DNA from: Anolis carolinensis
Taxonomy: Eukaryota
Reading direction: 5' to 3'
Assembly (NCBI RefSeq): GCF_035594765.1
Contig: NW_026943824.1
Span: 13,587,451-13,651,450, forward strand
Length of the DNA stretch: 64,000 nucleotides
Below are positions 12,609 through 32,050 of the stretch, in pieces. Position numbers and translations under genes: made by a program. The notes beneath the pieces were generated by a model, which saw only the letters and a program-made list of their open reading frames with translations, ran no database searches and was not told where the DNA came from. Position 1 is the stretch's first letter. The number at the start of each line of letters is the position of its first letter.

Positions 12609-13755
12609 GCTGCAAAAGAAAGTACATTCCAGGAATTCTCAGACTCCCTGTTGCTGTCATTTGGGTCAAACCGACAAATGTTGGCCTAACCTCCAGCCTC
12701 AGGACCATAGCTGACTTCCATACTTTCTACCTGGAATGCGACCCACTTCCCCTCCAAACAATAGCAACTGTAAAGATTTGCTTCTTGTAGAAGCAGTGGC
12801 CTTTTGTAAGTGAAATGAACAACTTTGGTACTGAACTTATAAGAAGGGAGGTGTGTTTTTTGTAACAGTTCAGTTTATGCACCTTTCCCTCTCCATCCAA
12901 AAGGCTCCATCGTATTTGCACACAGGTATGTCACTTGGGGGCGGATCTATAAGCTCACTGTTGCAGAAAGAAAAGTGGCTTCTTGAAGGAATTGCATATA
13001 AGATTATGGTGAACCATAGAATTGGGCACATATGATGTTTAAAATCAAGCTGAGGAGCCAATAGCCTTATTCAAGGCTCATGATAAGGAGCGGAAGCAGA
13101 GTAGCTTCATCCCTTTCCATTATTGCTCTCTTTATGGTAAAGAAAGACATCACTTCTCATGTCATCTCACCATACAGTCCAGAACCATGAAAAACATCAG
13201 CATTTCCTATAGATGCTTCCACTACTCATTTTCCAACTGTACTGTTCTCCTCATGCAAACTGACTGAATAGAGCTGATCTTTCTTTAGAAACATCTCCGC
13301 ATTCCTGAATTCTGCTGAGATATTTGCAAACTTTGCAAATAGAGGAACGAACTGTTGGTTTCTCACTTTTCCTGGTAACACAATAGTTGCATGGGCTTAT
13401 TTCCTCATTTTGTGCTTTTTACTTCGTTACCTAATTGTGTACAAAATGTTTGTAAAAACCCATAAGATTTCATTTTACATAGCAAGGCACGTATGACCCA
13501 GGCTTAAGGGCACCTTTTCTACCCCACCAATGCAGCTACTTCTAGACAACAATGGTTATTTACAGATTACAAGTGGAAGACAACAGTTCTTGTAAATAAA
13601 ACGTATATACTGATAAAGATTGCAATACAACACAGCTGTTTGTGTGTGCCATTGCTCTTCCAGCTCAAGCCCGGACTGGATCATAAAATAGGCAGAGAGA
13701 GGGTTTTTCAAGTGTAAAAGAGCAGGGGCAAAGAGAGGCCAGACTCCTGGGAGGG

Positions 13756-19958
<6,203 letters not shown>

Positions 19959-21878
19959 TCCCGCTGCAGCCCTGACTTCTCCAACTCTGTCTTCTGACAA
20001 TGCAGGAGTTGTGCATCATCAGAGCCCTCCAAATCTGGCTGGAAACATGATAATCTTCCCACAAAGGCCAGGTAAAAGAGGCACACCTAGGCACCTCAGT
20101 TTGGAGAGAGACACGTGGAAGTGAAATTCTAGATCCCCGCAGCAGGGGGGCAGGGAGCGGGACTGCAGAGAGATGTTGTCTTGGGCACGATGATGGGTTC
20201 CTTGCCCTTCCTTCCCAGACAGACAGAGCATTCATGAGGAACACAAACAGGGGCTTTGTGTAAGGTCTTAGCCTGCTGGCACACACCCTAAATACCTCCA
20301 TAGATGTAGAACAAGAAAAAGTGGCTTGCCCCCCAACCCTCTGGACAGGTGAGATGTTAGCAACCGTTACAGGAATATTCACTCCAATATCATTTATTGG
20401 TCTTGCTTCCAAAGTACGAACTTAAACATCTAGTGTTTTTTCACTACATTAGACTGCAGCTCTCCAAAGTAAATAGTAATGTCAAGGTGAATGGGTTATC
20501 CAAACCTAGATATATATGTTTCACATTACAAGCTGTCAGTAAAGTTAGCTGCCATTTTTGAGAAGCCAAGATTCAGCTTAAAGGTTTGTGAAAATGACTT
20601 CCTTCCTTCCCTTTTCTCCCAAGACAGATAGAAAGAGAAGAGATGGCTTTACAAAATGAAAAAGCCCATCTAACAGAATCTATATTTGCTTAGCACCCAT
20701 CAGTATTGTGAAAGCTCCAGGCTCCAACAGTCTCATTAATTCAATTTCTGCTGGACACTGTCAACTCTACTTGATATAAAGAATGCCAGAGCAAAGTCAC
20801 AGAAGAAAAGAGTACTATCTGCTCCCTGGCAATTAAAGTGGAAGAACCAATACTGACAGGTTTTCTTTTTAAAAGAAAATCCAATGCAACGAGCTGAGTC
20901 ACTTTGGTCAGTTGAATAGGACAGCCAGTTAAAGTCTGGGATGTTTACTCCAAAAACTTGTAGCCACATTGAACAGACAAGTCAAAAGAGTAGTAAGAAT
21001 GTAGCTACGGAGCAGTAAGCCTTCAGGGGAAAAAAAAATCAGAAAGCTGTGGTGAGGACTTTGACATATCATTAAAATATGTCTGATGTAAGACTCCCAT
21101 AGTATTTGAAATGGCCCAAAGGAATTTCTGAATTATGCTTTTTCCCAAGATATGGGGCAAGACAAAGATGTCAGCTTGTCAGCATGAATTCCCTTCCTTG
21201 CTTGAAGCGCACCTGCCATCTTTTGATTCTAAGCTATTTTGTCTGGCAAAAGATCACAGTGCCTCCTTGAGTGAAAGAGAGAAAAAAAGAGGTGTAAGGG
21301 AGGCAAGAGAGAGAGGAATGCTTTTATGCCACATTCCCAGACTTTAGAATTCAAGTGAGCATACTGTGTGCTTCATGCCTCAAAGGTTAAACCTGGGCTC
21401 ATTTCCTCCTGGCAGACATCCATCCTGCTTTAGCTCTACTATGGCTCAACTGTCCTTTTCATGCCCCTCAAGAATAAAGAGAAAAACAGTGTCAGTTTCA
21501 TTATTGGTAATGAACATTTAGATGATTAGAATGGTTAGATGCTTTAAGGAAAGCAGCAAGCAGGTTTAAAGAGTTGAAAAGGTTTTCAAAAGCACTCAAC
21601 AAGTTTAAGTACAGATTTCTCTGCAAATGTAATATATCCCCTACTCCTTTGTGATTAGCCTGAAGTTAAGTAGTTTTGGTCTTTTTAGCATCATAACCCA
21701 TTAAATGATGAAGGGGTACTAACTCACCCAATGTAATAACACTTATTTATTTATTTAAAACAATTATATTCTGCCCTTCTCACCCCGAAGGGGACTCAGG
21801 GAGGAGCACAAAATATATGTGGCAAAGGGTTGTTGTGTGTCTTTTGGGCTGTGTGGCCATGTTCCAGAAGTATTCTCT

Positions 21879-21919
21879 CCTGACGTTTCGCCCACATCTA
21901 TGGTAGGCATCCTCAGAGG
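21879..21919 (-). ncRNA. Minimal type I hammerhead ribozyme motif in a Penelope-like repeat fragment
   Basis: Minus strand reads CCU-CUGAGGA-U-GCCUAC-CAUAGAU-GUGGGC-GAAA-C-GUC-AGG, with an intact catalytic core. Confidence 0.75.
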
Positions 21920-24203
21920 TTGTGAGGCATGGATAAACTAGGCAAACATTCAATATATGGCAAACATTCAATGCCAGAACATAAAATAAATCATAAATAA
22001 ACATAAACACTAAAATCAGTTAGCTTCACATTAAAATCATTATTTAAAACCATCACAAGTCAGCCTTACCATATCTGGTCAGCAGGATGAACACTTACAA
22101 CACTCTGACAACAAAAGCCACTGAATTTGTTTGAATATAGCATAGCATTTTACTGAAGTGTTTTTCTAATAAAATATTTCACTAAAGAAACCTGGCAAGT
22201 GGAAAAACCCAGATTATTTGTTTGTCATGACTATTTCTATCTCCCCAAAATACAGTTCTCAGTAATCCTACACTAGCAATCCCGCCATATCATTTTTGCA
22301 ATGCAACTTGTAAAATTCCTGAGACATAAAATGAAAAGATGACAAACACAGAAAACCAGTGACACTTTTGTTTAATATGACTCAAGTATAGGACTGGCGT
22401 TCCTTAACGCCACAACAGTGACTGTGTGGTCATTCACCATAATACAGTTTCACAACAAGGGCACAGAACAGTAGAGAGATGACAATTCCACCATATTCAA
22501 ACAGGCCTGAGCCACCATTGAGAGGGTCTAAACATTCATCATAAATGACACATTCCTCAATTTTTCCCAGAATTGCACAAGTCCCAGGAAAAGGACCACA
22601 AGAGAAAGAAACAGTTTCCATTACTGAAAGTAGAGAACAGCATTTAGGGTTACAAACAACTTTGATAAAGAAAAAAAGAAAAAGATGTTGAGAGAAAAAT
22701 TACAAGAACAGAGTAGAATCACTATGCATCTTTAGTACCTCCAAGCAGATGCCCATGCCATACAATTATTGCTTTATGAAACAGTGGCAAGCTCAAACAA
22801 GTTTCAAGTGTCTTCAGTATAGAAAGTGTAGCCTGCACACAAGGTCAGGGTGATCTGGGCTAGGCCTGCAAAACAAAGTACTGCTAAGTGTCTTCTCTTG
22901 GTTGCTAGGCGTGACTTTTCCGTTTTAAAACCTTATATCTACAGTGCTAAGGTATTTGGCATTGACGCCCAGAACAAAACTGAAGACTGGCATTTAGTGC
23001 AGCTAGGCACTAGAAAAAAATGCAGCTCATCATATTAACTGAAAACGTGCAACTCAGAATAGCAATTTTCCATTTTTACCAGAAGAGATATGCAAGGAAT
23101 TTTTCTTCTGTCTTCCGCAACACAGAAATAATACATTAGCAGGAAACCCTGGACTTGTTATTGTTGCTGCTTCATGAGTACTGACTCCAAAATGGCTGCG
23201 GAGCACCTGTTTACACCAGAGGACTCTCCCTGAAGGTGCCCCTTATATAAAGTCATCTACTCTTGCAGCCACAATATACCAGCATCGGTGAGGCATGGAG
23301 GGAAGCATGAGAGCTTTTGTTTCACCATTTAACAAATAATTCTAATACAACTACAGTTTAGAAATCATCAAGTAAACCTCAACTATTCTTCCTTAAAAGA
23401 GTGTTAAACCCTGTGGATAATTCTAATGATACTTTGGTATGTGCACAAGAATATGAGGAAGATCTATTAGAAATAATCAATCCCTTTTGACCAATACAAC
23501 TACATTTTCAATATATTATATTCACTTTTAAAATAGACATCTTGCTTTTAAAATAGACATCTGAAGCTCTTTATGTCGCTATATACATTCACCAATTTCA
23601 ACAGGGGCATACAGGAAACACAATAGAATCATCCATATTTTGCATATTAAGCAAGTGCAAATGGCAGAGTGAGGAGAGGGCTACAACAAGACTACCTGAC
23701 AAACAAAGGGTTTCCTTTTTCCTGACATCACCTCAGGATCAGGTCATCGAGAGATGGGACCTGAGTAACCATTAAAACCAAGCTTAAAGTTAAGCTCTAA
23801 GGATCAGATAAGGACAAGTGCCCTCAAACTATTCATTTCCCTGAATTTCCAGACGAAAAAGAAATAAACCACAGTGCAATGTTTTAACAGTAGTCTGCCC
23901 AACACCCTTCAAATCAGGTGGGAAAGACTCTTCCCTGACACTGGAGCACTGCAAAAACCTTTAAGACATACTGGATACTTTCACAACACTTGAAAACTGA
24001 CTGACACAACACACTTCCCTTTTTGGTTCAAAGTGCATTCTTACAAGGAATTTGTAAACAGATAATCCCAATTGAAATGTATGCATAAGAAGCATTTTAA
24101 GGTGCAAGGATCAGCTCTGTGCAAACTGAGGTGACACTACCAGCCTCAAGCCACTGGGGATGGAGGGGAAAATACCTTTCAAAATCTGGGTAATCTCCCT
24201 TTT

Positions 24204-25490
24204 CTAATCTTGGAGGGCAGGAAGAAGATCAGCTATGCTATCAACATAGTAATCAGGGACTAGGCTTCTGCGCTCAGGGCAGTCGCTTTCTAAGTGGCCC
24301 TGGACTTCTTCTAGTGTGCTGACTCCCGTAAGGGTCAGCAGAGTCGTCAGGCCACAGTTGTTACCCATGAGGATGTCTGTGTCCAGGCGATCTCCCACCA
24401 TGATAGTGCGAGCAGGGTCGATGTTGAACTCTTTCATTACGCACTCAAAGATGTAGCGGCTGGGCTTGCCCACGATGAAGGCCTCCCGCTCCGCTGCTGT
24501 CTCCACTGCTTTGACGAGGCAGCCAGTGCCTGCAGGAAAAAGAAAAAGTAAGCAACCACTAAGCCATGAAATGTGGAATGAGGGAAAACTCAGAACCCCT
24601 TTCCAGACCTTGCCAAATCCTTTTAGAGACTGAAGCTTTTTTCCATTCCCTTGATCATTATGATAAGGGTGCACTGGAAGATTTTATTATGCAAGTGACC
24701 TCCAGTTTGGACAAGTTCCCTTCTATGTAGTTTTGTGAGATGGAGAGTGGGGGGGGGGGGGGGGGGACGGGGACGGACGATGCAAACCATTGCATTTATA
24801 AGTAGTAGAAATGTCTTTAGGTCTAGGAAGCTTCTAGAGTCACAGAGGCTTTGTAGTCCTACCCCCTGCTTGAGATCAAGTCTATCCTGGAGAAATAAGA
24901 TGAAGGTCTGCACATAATCCATCCTAATGGTGCCAAGTCCTACTCCACCCCTAAAACTTTTCAGCTCATGTAAACTACATGCTGTTATAAAAGGCAGCCC
25001 TCTACACATGTCTTGATGCCCTGTACTGGGCACAGAGCAGCCTCCCTTGAGATATGGGGACTTGGGGAGCTGTGGTCCAGAGCATAACCTTTCCCAAGCT
25101 CTGCCACTATTCACAGTGCTGGTGAAAAATCCTATGCCCCAGCCCTTTTCCAGGTCAAGCATATTGTGTGTGGACTGGGCAGAGCACTGCCTCCCTCAAG
25201 GGGGTTAGTGGGGGTTCTGGGCATTAGAGTTGCACTCTACCCCCTTTCATGTCATGGCTATTGTGGGGGAAATATACCTGCCATTCACCCCCCCCCACCT
25301 TTCAGGATGACCATATTGTGTGCGTATGCTTATAAGGGAACATTTTGCATCTACCCTGGATCCATGAATTGGGTACTATGTTGCTTCACTCGAGGGATAG
25401 GATTCGGGAACTGTTGTCCAAAATACAACATTCCTGCACTTGGTCCTTTTCAGGACAAGCATAAGCTGTGCATATATATCTTTGCTATAT

Positions 25491-25530
<40 letters not shown>

Positions 25531-28500
25531 AATTGATTTTAATCTTGGATATGTTTAACATTTTATATAATGTGATTTTATTTTGTAATGGTATCTGCTT
25601 TTATATGAATTGTTGTTTTGTACATTGTTTTTAGGCACTGAATGTTTGTCTATTTAGTGTAAGCCACCTTGAGTCCCCCCGGGGAGAAAGGCAGGGTAAA
25701 AATGATGTAAATAAATAAATAATTGAGTGGGGATTCTGCTAACTGTAGTGCAGAACATAACCTTTCTCACTTGGTCCCTAGCCATCCTACTCCCTCCTCT
25801 TACAGAGCAACTAGCTGGATATCTAAGCTAGTTATCTATACACATAATAAAAGTGAAAAATTTGTATGTGCGTATGTGGAAAAAGCCTCCCGCCTCCACA
25901 AACAGCTATAGTTCCCACTGTGAAGAAGACACCAATAGCCCCCCTTCCACTGAAATGCAGGTTATAGTGAGTGCCATGAACATGAAGCCCAAACCCTGCC
26001 AGTGTTTTCCACAAACACCATTCTGCCCCCCCACCTAAGTGAAGGCTTTCATGCAGGGACAATTTCATCCTAGATGTTCTGTTTTTCCTCCAGAATGGAC
26101 ATCCCAGGGTTCCTTAATTTGCATGACCCCACCAACTGCCTCTACCGTAACCTTTTCCTATGGTACACAGTTAACAGAGGAATTGATCAGCAACTGAACA
26201 AGAGGTTTGGGGAGAATTTACAATGATTTACAAGAGTTGTACTTAACCTACATCCAGAGAGCAGTGCTAACCCAACCAACAATGGATATGGACCAAACTT
26301 GCCACTGATAATGGGACTTGCAGTGCCTTCACTGATACTGTGACCCCCACCAACAATGAACTGGGACCAAACTTGGCACAGAGAAGCCCCATGACCAACT
26401 GAACATACTGCAGGGGTTGTGGGAATGGACCTTGACTCTGGGAGTTATAGTTCACTGAACCAGTTGACGTCAGATCTGGTCCAAACTTGGCACACAGACC
26501 CAATATGACCAACTACGAATACTGGCAGGATTTGGGGGTGATTGCCCTGGGAATCTGGGAGTTGTAGTTCACCCTTATCCAGACAGCACTGAACTCAGCC
26601 AGCCATGGATCTGAACCAAACTTCAACAATATTGCCTAACATCTCAAAACCTACCTAACATCCCAAAACAAACAATGCTTTCTTCTAATAACACGGGCAC
26701 TGCCGGGTCCCTAAGCTAGTAAATAATACAGTGTTGGGGGCCCCTCCCCCACAAAAACATAGTATTATATAATACTAATACTGTGCTTTGGTAATAATAT
26801 ATTATATATATAGAATATTGATAATATTTTAATGTAATACAATATAATACTAACAATAATACAATGTAATAATATCAATTATATGATGTATATTAATGTA
26901 CTACTACTAATAGTATCAACTACCTCTTGTTTACAAAACTCACTTAGCGCACTTTTACCCAGTTCGTTTTTATGATTCTACTGTTGTATTTTAATATGCT
27001 TTTTATCAATGTTGTTGCTATTTTTTAATGTTGATGTTTATTCTCATTTGTGCGTTGTTTTTGTTAATTGTTGTGTTTTATGTTTCTTATTGTATTTGCC
27101 TGGGCTGTCACCCCATTTAGCCACCCCGAGTCCCTTTGGGGAGATGGAGGCGGGGTATAAGAATACACAATGCTAATATTGTGCAATGCTAATTATATAA
27201 TATATTGTATGTACATATAACTAGTAAGCTGCTCTGAGTCCCCTTCGGGGCAGGGTATAAATGTAGTAATGAAATGGATTTGCCTGAAATGTCATCTGGA
27301 TGCCTCAGGCTAACCTGTTTCTTATCCCTGTGGAGGTTGGAGCCTCCAAGAAGCAGAAGTGTGGAAGGCCCATTCCACAAAGCTGTATAAAATCCTGCAT
27401 TATTTTCTTTGAACTAGGTTATATGACAGTGTGGACTCAGATAGCCCAGTTCAAAGCAGAGATTGCGGATTATCTGCCTTGATATTCTGGATTATGTGGC
27501 TGTGTGGAAGGGCCCGAAGAAGCCTCAGAGAACTGTGCTCTGCTTCTTTACGTGGAATGCCAAATTAAACTGCAATTATTATGTTTTCCAGCCATTTGTT
27601 ATAGCACAGGTGGAACGTGTGGAATGTGGGCTCAAAATCTTTCCACCATGTCTCCTTTACCATCAGATGGCAGCACTCCCCCCCACCCCCAAGGTCTAAC
27701 TGCCATTCTGGACCAGAATGAAGAAGATGGGGCCAGGAAGACATCTTTCCACCTGTATCAATTTAATGATATAATAATATATAATAGGTAAAGGTAAAGG
27801 TTTTCCCCTGACATTAAGTCCAGTCGTGACCGACTCTGGGGGTTGGTGCTCATCTCCATTTCTAAGCCGAAGAGCCGGCATTGTCCACAGACACCTCTAA
27901 GGTCATGTGGCCACTGGCATGACTGCATGGAGCGCAGGAGCGGTACCTATAGATCTACTCACATTTGCATGTTTTCAAACTGTTAGGTTGGCAGGAGCTG
28001 GGGCTAACAGTGGGCGCTCATTCCGTTCCCAGGATTTGAACCTGGGACCTTTCGGTCTGCAAGTTCAGCAGCTCAGTGCTTTAACACACTGCGCCACCAC
28101 CAGGGGCCCCAATATATAATAATATTATACTATATTATATATTATAATATAATATACTATATACAGTAGAGTCTCACTTATCCAACACTCGCTTATCCAA
28201 CGTTCTGGATTATCCAACGCATTTTTGTAGTCAATGTTTTCAATATATTGTGATATTTTGGTGCTAAACTCGTAAATACAGTAATTACTACATAGTATTA
28301 CTGCGTATTGAACTAAATTTTCTGTCAAATTTGTTGTATAACATGATGCTTTGGTGCTTAATTTGTAAAATCATAACCTAACTTGATGTTTAATAGGCTT
28401 TTTCTTAATGCCTCCTTATTATCCAACATATTCGCTTATCCAACATATTCGCTTATCCAACATATTCGCTTATCCAACATTCTGCCGGCCCGTTTATGTT

Positions 28501-29981
28501 GGATAAGTGAGACTCTACTGTAATATAGTATTAGTTCTCTCAGGTGCCTCAGGCTCCAATATATTATACTATACTACTATGTAATATTAATAATATTATT
28601 ATGATGTAATACAATGTAATAATTATAATTCACTATTATAACTGTATATTTTTATTACATGCAATATTACTATTAATATTGCAATATACCCTGTTTCCCC
28701 TAAAATAAGACATCCCCAGAAAATAAGACCTAGTAGAGGTTTTGCTGAATTGCTAAATTTAAGGCCTCCCCCGAAAGTAAGACCTAGCAAAGTTTTTGTT
28801 TGGAAGCATGCCCAACGAACAGAACACCGGAGCATGCAGGATCGGTAAATGTACGTACCATAGAATGTTGTACATGGAAATATTGGTAGTAACAAGAAAT
28901 TCTTGATAGGATTCACAGTTTGTCTGGTTATGCTGGTTTGTGATGGCAACTACTGTACAGTATATACTAAATGTTCATTTTTTTGTTCAACAATAAATGT
29001 GAATTCTTCTTCATGGAAAAATAAGACATCCCCTGAAAGTAAGACCTAGCACATCTTTGGGAGCAAAAATTAATATAAGACACTGTCTTATTTTCGGGGA
29101 AACACGGTAGTCGTATAATATAATATATTGTATGTTTATATACTTGTAAACCGCCCTGAGTCCCCTTCGAGGTGAGAAGGGCGGGATATAAATGTCGCTA
29201 ATAAATAAATAATAAATAATAATAAAGAAATAAATAATAAACCCACTATTCCATATGTGTATGTGTGTGCCCCTCTTCTCTCTGTCTGCGCATGCTCCGC
29301 GCGTGCCTCGCTCCACGTACCGGGCAGGGCGCTGCCTCCTTCGAGCGGGAGGCGGTGGTCGCGGTTGGTGCCGACCAGGAGGCACTGCGGGTCGCGGCGG
29401 AGGTAGCGCAGGGCCAGGCAGAGCTTCCCGTAGGAGAAGTGCTCGTCGTAGCCGACCAGCACGGCGCCCACCGAGGGGTCCAGAGCGGCGCGGGTCCCGA
29501 AGAGCACCGCGGGGGACTCGGAGGGCGACGACAGCGACTCCGGAGTGGGCCCGGCTCCCAAGTGGGGCACTCCGGCGGCCTCCAGCTCGGCTGCCAAGGC
29601 GGGCCCGCCTAACACGTACGTGGAGGAGGCTCCCCCGGGAGGCAGGGCGGCGCGGAGGAAGCGGGCGGCGCAGAAGCCGGAGCCGAAGACCTGCCGGGCC
29701 TCCGCCGGAGGGAAGCCCAGCCGCCGCAGCTTCTCCGTGTAGGCCTCGCGCGTCCGGGAGGAGTTGTTAGTCACGTAGCAGAGCAGGCGCCGCTTCTGCT
29801 TCTTGTCGTTCTCCCCCTCCAAGCGGCGCAACGTCTCCGCGGCGCCGGGGACGGCCGTGTCGCCCCGCCACAGCACCCCGTCGCAATCGAAGAGCACCGC
29901 CTCCGCGCCCGAGAACACCGAAGGCGCCAAGGACGGGTCCAGGCGCCGGCAGCGCTTCCCGCCTCCTCCCGCCGCCGCCAT
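24204..29981 (-). CDS. PGP: Glycerol-3-phosphate/phosphoglycolate phosphatase (HAD IIA), 328 aa
   Basis: Two exons, 29981-29321 and 24529-24204 (987 nt, phase-1 intron). HAD motifs [18 protein letters not shown] and GDRLDTD are present. Position between BRICD5 and E4F1 matches the known gene order. Confidence 0.97.
25835..26719 (+). mobile_element. Non-autonomous Helitron in the PGP intron
   Basis: A|TC...CTAG|T termini, GC-rich subterminal hairpin-like sequence, no TSD. Confidence 0.8.
28689..29107. mobile_element. pogo/Tc2-like MITE
   Basis: TIR CC(C/G)TGTTTCCCC(T/G)AAAATAAGAC flanked by TA on both sides. Confidence 0.8.
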
Positions 29982-29989
29982 GATGGAAG

Positions 29990-30715
29990 AAAGCGCCTCA
30001 GAAGGCGCCCTCAGGTTTTCCGGCGACGGCGGTTGGCTGAGGCGCCTCCTGGCCCCGCCCCCCGAGCGCCCCCATTGGGCAAGAGGTTTCGCAAGTGGCC
30101 TTAGAATTGCCTTCAGGTCACCTCTGAGGGTCCGGCGATGCCGGTTGGTTAAAAAACCCACGAGAGCCCGCCCCCCGAGCGCCCCCATTGGGTGAGGAGC
30201 TTCAAGGCTCCGAGAGGCTTCAAGACCCCCCTCCCTTCCTTAGCTTCAGGTGCCTTCAATTCCCCTCAGGGCTTCCGACGACGCTGGTTGGCTGAAATGC
30301 CTCTTACTCCCGCCCCCCGAGCTCCCCCATTGGGTGAGAAGCTTCAAGACTGAAGCTTCAAGACTCCCCCTCCCTTCCTTAGCTCTCTCTCAAGTGCCTT
30401 AAGTTCGCCTCAGAGTTTCCGACGACGCTGGTTGGCTGAGACGCCTCCTAGTTCCACCCCCCGAGCGCCCTCATTGGGCGAGAGGTTTCGCAAATTGCTT
30501 TAAGATTGCTTTTAGTGTCCTTCAGAGCTTCCGACGTCGCCGATTGGTTAAGACCCCACGAGAGCCCACCCCCCGACAGCCCCCAATGGTTGAGAAGCCT
30601 CAGGACCCGCCTCCCTTCCTTAAACTCAGATTTAAGGTTCCCTCCATTCAATTCACCTCAGGGTTGGTTTAAAATCAACCTCCTGAATGCCCACATTGGA
30701 CATGAGGTTTCGCCA
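29990..30715 (-). promoter_or_regulatory. PGP promoter built of about 6 diverged tandem modules (CCAAY, GC box, CCAAT)
   Basis: Recurring ...CCGRCGACG..GGTTGG...CCCGCCCCCCGAGC.CCCCATTGGG... units start near 30010, 30121, 30263, 30408, 30521 and 30656. Confidence 0.75.
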
Positions 30716-30729
30716 GTCAACACTTAAAG

Positions 30730-31767
30730 CAGGGGTCCCCAAACTTTTTAAACAGGGGGCCAGTTCACCATCCTTCGGACCATTGGAGGGCCGGACTATA
30801 GTTGGCCAGCAAGCAATAATAATAATAATAATAATATCAAGTCCCACCTCCCAGCAACAAAGAACTGGTGGGATCACAAACCACAAAATAAGAAAATTGC
30901 ACAGACAGACTATAAACAGAGGCACAACTATGTGGCCCAAATGATTCATTGGAAATTATGCCTCAAGTGCCACCTCCCAGCAGTAAAGAACTGGTGGGAT
31001 CACAAACCTGCAAAAGTATTGGAAAATGAGCACGCAAAGAGACTTTGGGACTTCCGAATCCAGACTGACAAAGTTCTGGAACACAACACACCAGACATCA
31101 CAGTTGTGGAAAAAAAAAGGTTTGGATCATTGATGTCGCCATCCCAGGTGACAGTTGCATTGACGAAAAACAACAGGAAAAACTCAGCCGCTCTCAGGAC
31201 CTCAAGACTGAACTTCAAAGACTCTGGCAGAAACCAGTGCAGGTGGTCCCGGTGGTGATGGGCACACTGGGTGCCGTGCCAAAAGATCTCAGCCGGCATT
31301 TGGAAACAATAGACATTGACAAAATTACGACCTGCCAACTGCAAAAGGCCACCCTGCTGGGATCTGTGCGCATCATCCGAAAATACATCACACAGTCCTA
31401 GACACTTGGGAAGTGTTCGACTTGTGATTTTGTGATATGAAATCCAGTATATCTATCTTGTTTGCTGTGTCATAATAAAATAATAATAATAATAATAATA
31501 AAGAGGGTTGGAAGAGACCCTTTGGGCCATTGAGTCCAACCTCCTTCTGCCTTTGTGCACCAAAAGCACAAGAAAAGCACCCCTGACAGATGGCCTCCCA
31601 GCCTCAATGTTGTTGTTAATAATAATAATAATAATGATAATAATAATAATAGAGGTGACCCCTTGGGTCATTTAGCCCAACCCCCTTCTGCCTTTGTGCC
31701 GTGGGGGCCGGATAAATGGCTTCGATGGGCCGCATGTGGCCCCCGGGCCTTAGTTTGGGGACCCCTG
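30730..31767. mobile_element. hAT (OposCharlie1/OC1-like) non-autonomous element with a nested R4 fragment
   Basis: Perfect TIR CAGGGGTCCCCAAACT; 8-bp TSD ACTTAAAG at 30722-30729 and 31768-31775; R4 3' fragment at about 30837-31500 inside. The family name is from memory. Confidence 0.88.
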
Positions 31768-31775
31768 ACTTAAAG

Positions 31776-32050
31776 CGTCGCTTATTGGGCATGGCCAGGC
31801 AAGGGCTTCCTCCGATTGGGTGATTCTTACCCGGGGTCCGATTTTCCCTATTGGTGGGGCTTTTCCCTGCTCGTGTGCCTATTGGCCAACGGCGAGCAGC
31901 AAGGGCCCGCCTCCACCTTGACGAGCGGACGGTCGGGAGCTCTCCCTTCGGCCCCGCCCCTGTGCCCAGTAGCTCCGCCCACCCGATCATCCGTTGTTAT
32001 GACGACACGGCCGTAAAGCCGCCATCTTAGCGGTTGCGGCGCCTTGCGAC
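31776..32050 (+). promoter_or_regulatory. E4F1 CpG-island promoter
   Basis: ATTGG (reverse CCAAT) at 31784, 31815, 31850 and 31881; GC boxes around 31950-31980; YY1 motif CCGCCATCTT at 32019-32028. Confidence 0.8.

Noticed and set aside
29982-30188. 69-aa N-terminal extension of PGP
   Set aside because: The upstream ATG is part of a promoter CCAATG repeat; homology starts at MAAAG (29981).
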